From: Amoebophrya sp. A120
Taxonomy: Eukaryota; Protista; Dinoflagellata
Direction of reading: 5' to 3'
Assembly (NCBI GenBank): GCA_905178155.1
Contig: CAJINV010000003.1
Coordinates: 6,043,985 to 6,107,984, forward strand
Length of the DNA: 64,000 nt
Notes under the pieces: generated by a model
Database searches by the model: none
Seen by the model: only the letters and a program-made list of their open reading frames with translations
Told to the model about the DNA's origin: nothing
Shown here: piece after piece, positions 61,601-64,000 of the stretch
Position numbering within the stretch: the stretch's first letter is position 1
How the letters are laid out: every line of letters begins with the position of its first letter
Translations under genes and position numbers: made by a program

Positions 61601-64000
61601 CCTCCCGGTGTGCGTGAAGAAGAGGCCGTCGCCGTAGGCGTGGGTGCGCTTCCCGCTGGTCGCTCCCTGCGTGACCGTGATGTAACCCGGGAAGCCCTGG
61701 GTGAAGCTCGCGCGGAACAGCCGGTCCGGCGGGATGACCTGCTTCGCCGTGCTGAACGAGGAGTAACGGAGCAGGACCCGGGCGTTGCCGTCCCGCTCCT
61801 TGTACTCGAACACGATCGGGATGAACTCGTTTGCGCGCAGCATAATTTTCCCCGCGAGCTCGTCTCCGCCGCCGGTGCGGGACCACTTGTCGAAAAGCAG
61901 TTCCTCGCCCAGCGCGAGCCGGGCCGTGTCGTCGGCAATGGCGAAGAAAGTGTACTCCTCGGTAAACTCCGGCAGGAGGTACCCGGACCAGCGCACCGTG
62001 ACGAAGTCGGCGGCGTTCGCCACCAGGGAACCCTCCTGGAAGTCGTAGTCCAGCAGCGCCTCCTGCCGGGTGTCCGACGGTTGCCCGTAGAACCACTGGT
62101 TGTCCCAGTACTGACCCAACAGGCCTCCCACCTCCAAGGTCTGCACGTTCACCGTGAACACCCCCTGTGTGTGCAGGGTCAACGAGAAATCGTACACGCC
62201 GTCCCCGCGGTACTCGGGCTTCAGGCAGCACAGCGGCTCCGTCAACAGGTCGTCCTCGCGGAACAGCGGGTGCGTCTCCGTCACTCGGAGACACAGCACC
62301 CCCGTTTTGTCCTTTTCGCACACATTCTGCACGGACAGAACAAAGGGCCGCTCCACCGCGTTAGGGCCGGTTTCGTCCACGCGCGGCTGCACGGCCAGTG
62401 CGCCGGTTGAAGAACTGGCGTCGGGCGCCACCGCTTGCATCCGAATGCTGAACTGCTCGCCGCTGACAACGGTCTGCGGGAACGCGGTCGGGTAGCTGTG
62501 CGGTACTTGCAGCAGGTCCCTCAAACGCACGCTCGCCTCGATGGGCCTCGAGGTGCCCACCTTGTTGATGGCAAACACCCGGTAGGTGTACTTGGTGCGC
62601 AACGACAGCCCCTTGCGGTCGACGTGGAACACGTCCGGCGTGGTTGTCCCGTTGTAGACGACCCGCCAGCCGGGTCTGGCTGTGGTATTCGTCGCGTTGT
62701 TCGACAGCTGAAGATCTTCAGCGTCGTCGGTTGCCTTCTCCAAAACCGCAAATCCCATCAAGGCCGTGCCACCGAGGTCTCGGGGCAGCGGCCACGTGAT
62801 GCGGAGGTCGTGTGACCCGAGTTTCAACAATGTGGGTTTTTGCTTTTCGGGCAGCGGCTCGTCGTAGTACCAGGGAGCTTCGTCCGGCACCGTGGCCTCC
62901 CCCGTGATCTCGTCGTACCCGGCAAACACGGGAACGCTGCTGGCGAGGTAGGTGGCCAGACTGGAGCCGGGGCCCAAGGTGGCCGCGTTTGCGTCCAACA
63001 CGGCGAACGTCTGGAACCTGTAGTACGCATCCGGCGTGAGGCCAGTCATGCTAATCTGATTGTCGCAATCCCCCAAGTACACCTCTGTCGCCAGCGGACC
63101 CCCCGCGCCATCGTCCATGAGAACCTGACAGCCTTCGTAGTTTCCCTTGCCGTACTTTGCAAAGGATTCCGGACGGGTGACCAGAAGGTGGATTTCGCCG
63201 GGCCTACTATACACTAGGGTGGGCGGCTCGACCTCCCCAGCCGATGTTGGTGTGAAATCTGGAATGAGATTTTCCGCCACGCGGCCCCCGCCGATCGGGT
63301 CCATCACCGCGTTGTACAACGACGGAACCCTGGCGGTTTGCGCTCCGCCGCTTGACGTAGAAGAAGTTGTACCCGAAGTTGTTCGCGCCGTCGCTGCGGA
63401 ACTGGTGCTTGCTGCAGAAGAAGCACTTGACGTTGTTGAGCCAGACATAGTACTCGAAGAACTGGTCGAGGAAGACGACGACGAACTGGATGAAGAACTG
63501 TGATAGGATCCCAGGGCCATTAGCCACGTGCTTGCGGAATACAAGAGAAAATTTAGAGCGACTGAAGCTGCTGTAGTTCCTCGGACAGTCTTCCTTCGCC
63601 CTCCACGTCCACCAGTCCCAGCTGCAATGCTATGTAATTTTTTCGGCTTGGCAGGGAGAAAAAATCTAGAAAAATGCGTTATTGTTGCGATGTGGAGCAA
63701 CACGTCCCATGCAAACCACGACGACCACGTTGTGCCGTCGTTTGCAGCATATGCTTTTTTCCTTTGGCGTGGCGGTTGCCGCTTAGCTTTGCAGCTCGAG
63801 TCGCTAATATCGCTATCGCCGACATGCACATCCTGCGTTTCCAAAGGAGCCGCAACCGCAGGCTGGACCTCCGCACGGCGGCCCGCAGACTGCCACCGGC
63901 CGCAGGCTTTATCTGCATGAGCTTGCACGTCCTCCGCACAGTTGCATAGCAGTGCCTTCTTGGTCTTGCCACACAATGTCGGTCCCGCGCCACAAACATC
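34619..64000 (-). CDS. Giant (>9,050 aa) fibronectin type III / PA14 / filamin-repeat protein, 5'-truncated by window edge
   Basis: Frame open to position 64000. Exons 64000-40151, 39966-38884, 38620-38422, 37993-37808, 37523-37086, 36877-36735, 36553-36302, 36148-35718, 35423-35202 and 34985-34619 total 27,171 nt, in frame. Dozens of FN3 repeats (W..P...GG..I..Y / Y.F.V.A.N..G), three PA14-like domains (GLLGQYWDN, GLIACYY, GLNALYYNN) among filamin repeats (KDAAGN, RDAFGN, GSPF), and one hydrophobic segment near 63510-63575. Confidence 0.9.
35424..35712. mobile_element. Inverted-repeat non-canonical intron (289 bp), imperfect 5-bp TSD
   Basis: Ends tatgcactgcaaataa and (rc) tatcgaatgcaaataa; flanks cttgc / gttgc. 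Removal restores RHTDQ-QGVPNDTIKMQW. Confidence 0.8.
37529..37807. mobile_element. Inverted-repeat non-canonical intron (279 bp), 5-bp TSD ACAGC
   Basis: Ends tatcctatgtaaaaacgtccccgcgccatgg and (rc) tatcctgtgtaaaaacgtcaccaccccatag. ACAGC at 37524-37528 and 37808-37812. Removal restores TTGPL-SEELTVYSC. Confidence 0.92.
37999..38421. mobile_element. Inverted-repeat non-canonical intron (423 bp), 5-bp TSD AGTCG
   Basis: Ends catcaagaggaaaaatcccccctccccat and (rc) tatcgcaaggaaaaatcctccctccccat. AGTCG at 37994-37998 and 38422-38426. Removal restores KSILD-SSIRAFKY. Confidence 0.92.

Noticed and set aside
39007-63949. Long plus-strand ORFs (up to 373 aa) opposite the giant gene, and similar ones opposite other genes
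   Set aside because: Antisense shadows of GC3-rich coding sequence.
1-64000. Dinoflagellate spliced-leader relics (CCGTAGCCATTTTGGCTCAAG), rRNA and tRNA genes, autonomous transposase or reverse transcriptase
   Set aside because: None recognised on manual reading; a covariance-model or HMM scan would be needed to exclude divergent copies.

Overview
Eukaryotic (protist) genomic DNA with spliceosomal introns. All ~11 credible genes lie on the minus strand. Together with inverted-repeat/direct-repeat non-canonical introns, this points to a dinoflagellate-lineage parasite such as Amoebophrya (Syndiniales); the taxon is inferred, not proven. Genes, left to right: IFT54/TRAF3IP1 (3' end runs off the window), two Ala-rich hypothetical proteins, an Sfi1-like protein, a DHYC-variant palmitoyltransferase, a single-polypeptide E1alpha-E1beta-lipoyl-E2 2-oxoacid dehydrogenase, a hypothetical protein split by a 2.6-kb TIR element, a divergent mitochondrial carrier, a bacterial-type (PLD) cardiolipin synthase, and a >9,000-aa FN3/PA14/filamin protein (5' end runs off the window). 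Main points: (1) four TIR elements with YATS...GATA ends and 5-bp target duplications sit inside codons, and removing each with one TSD copy restores the reading frame; (2) an all-in-one dehydrogenase fusion with no E3-binding domain; (3) two insertions at one splice acceptor produce three copies of an AG|GT site, and one insertion carries a CRISPR-like hairpin/spacer array; (4) a block of ten unrecognised ~130-aa repeats is inserted inside one FN3 domain. All gene models were made by eye, without RNA data.
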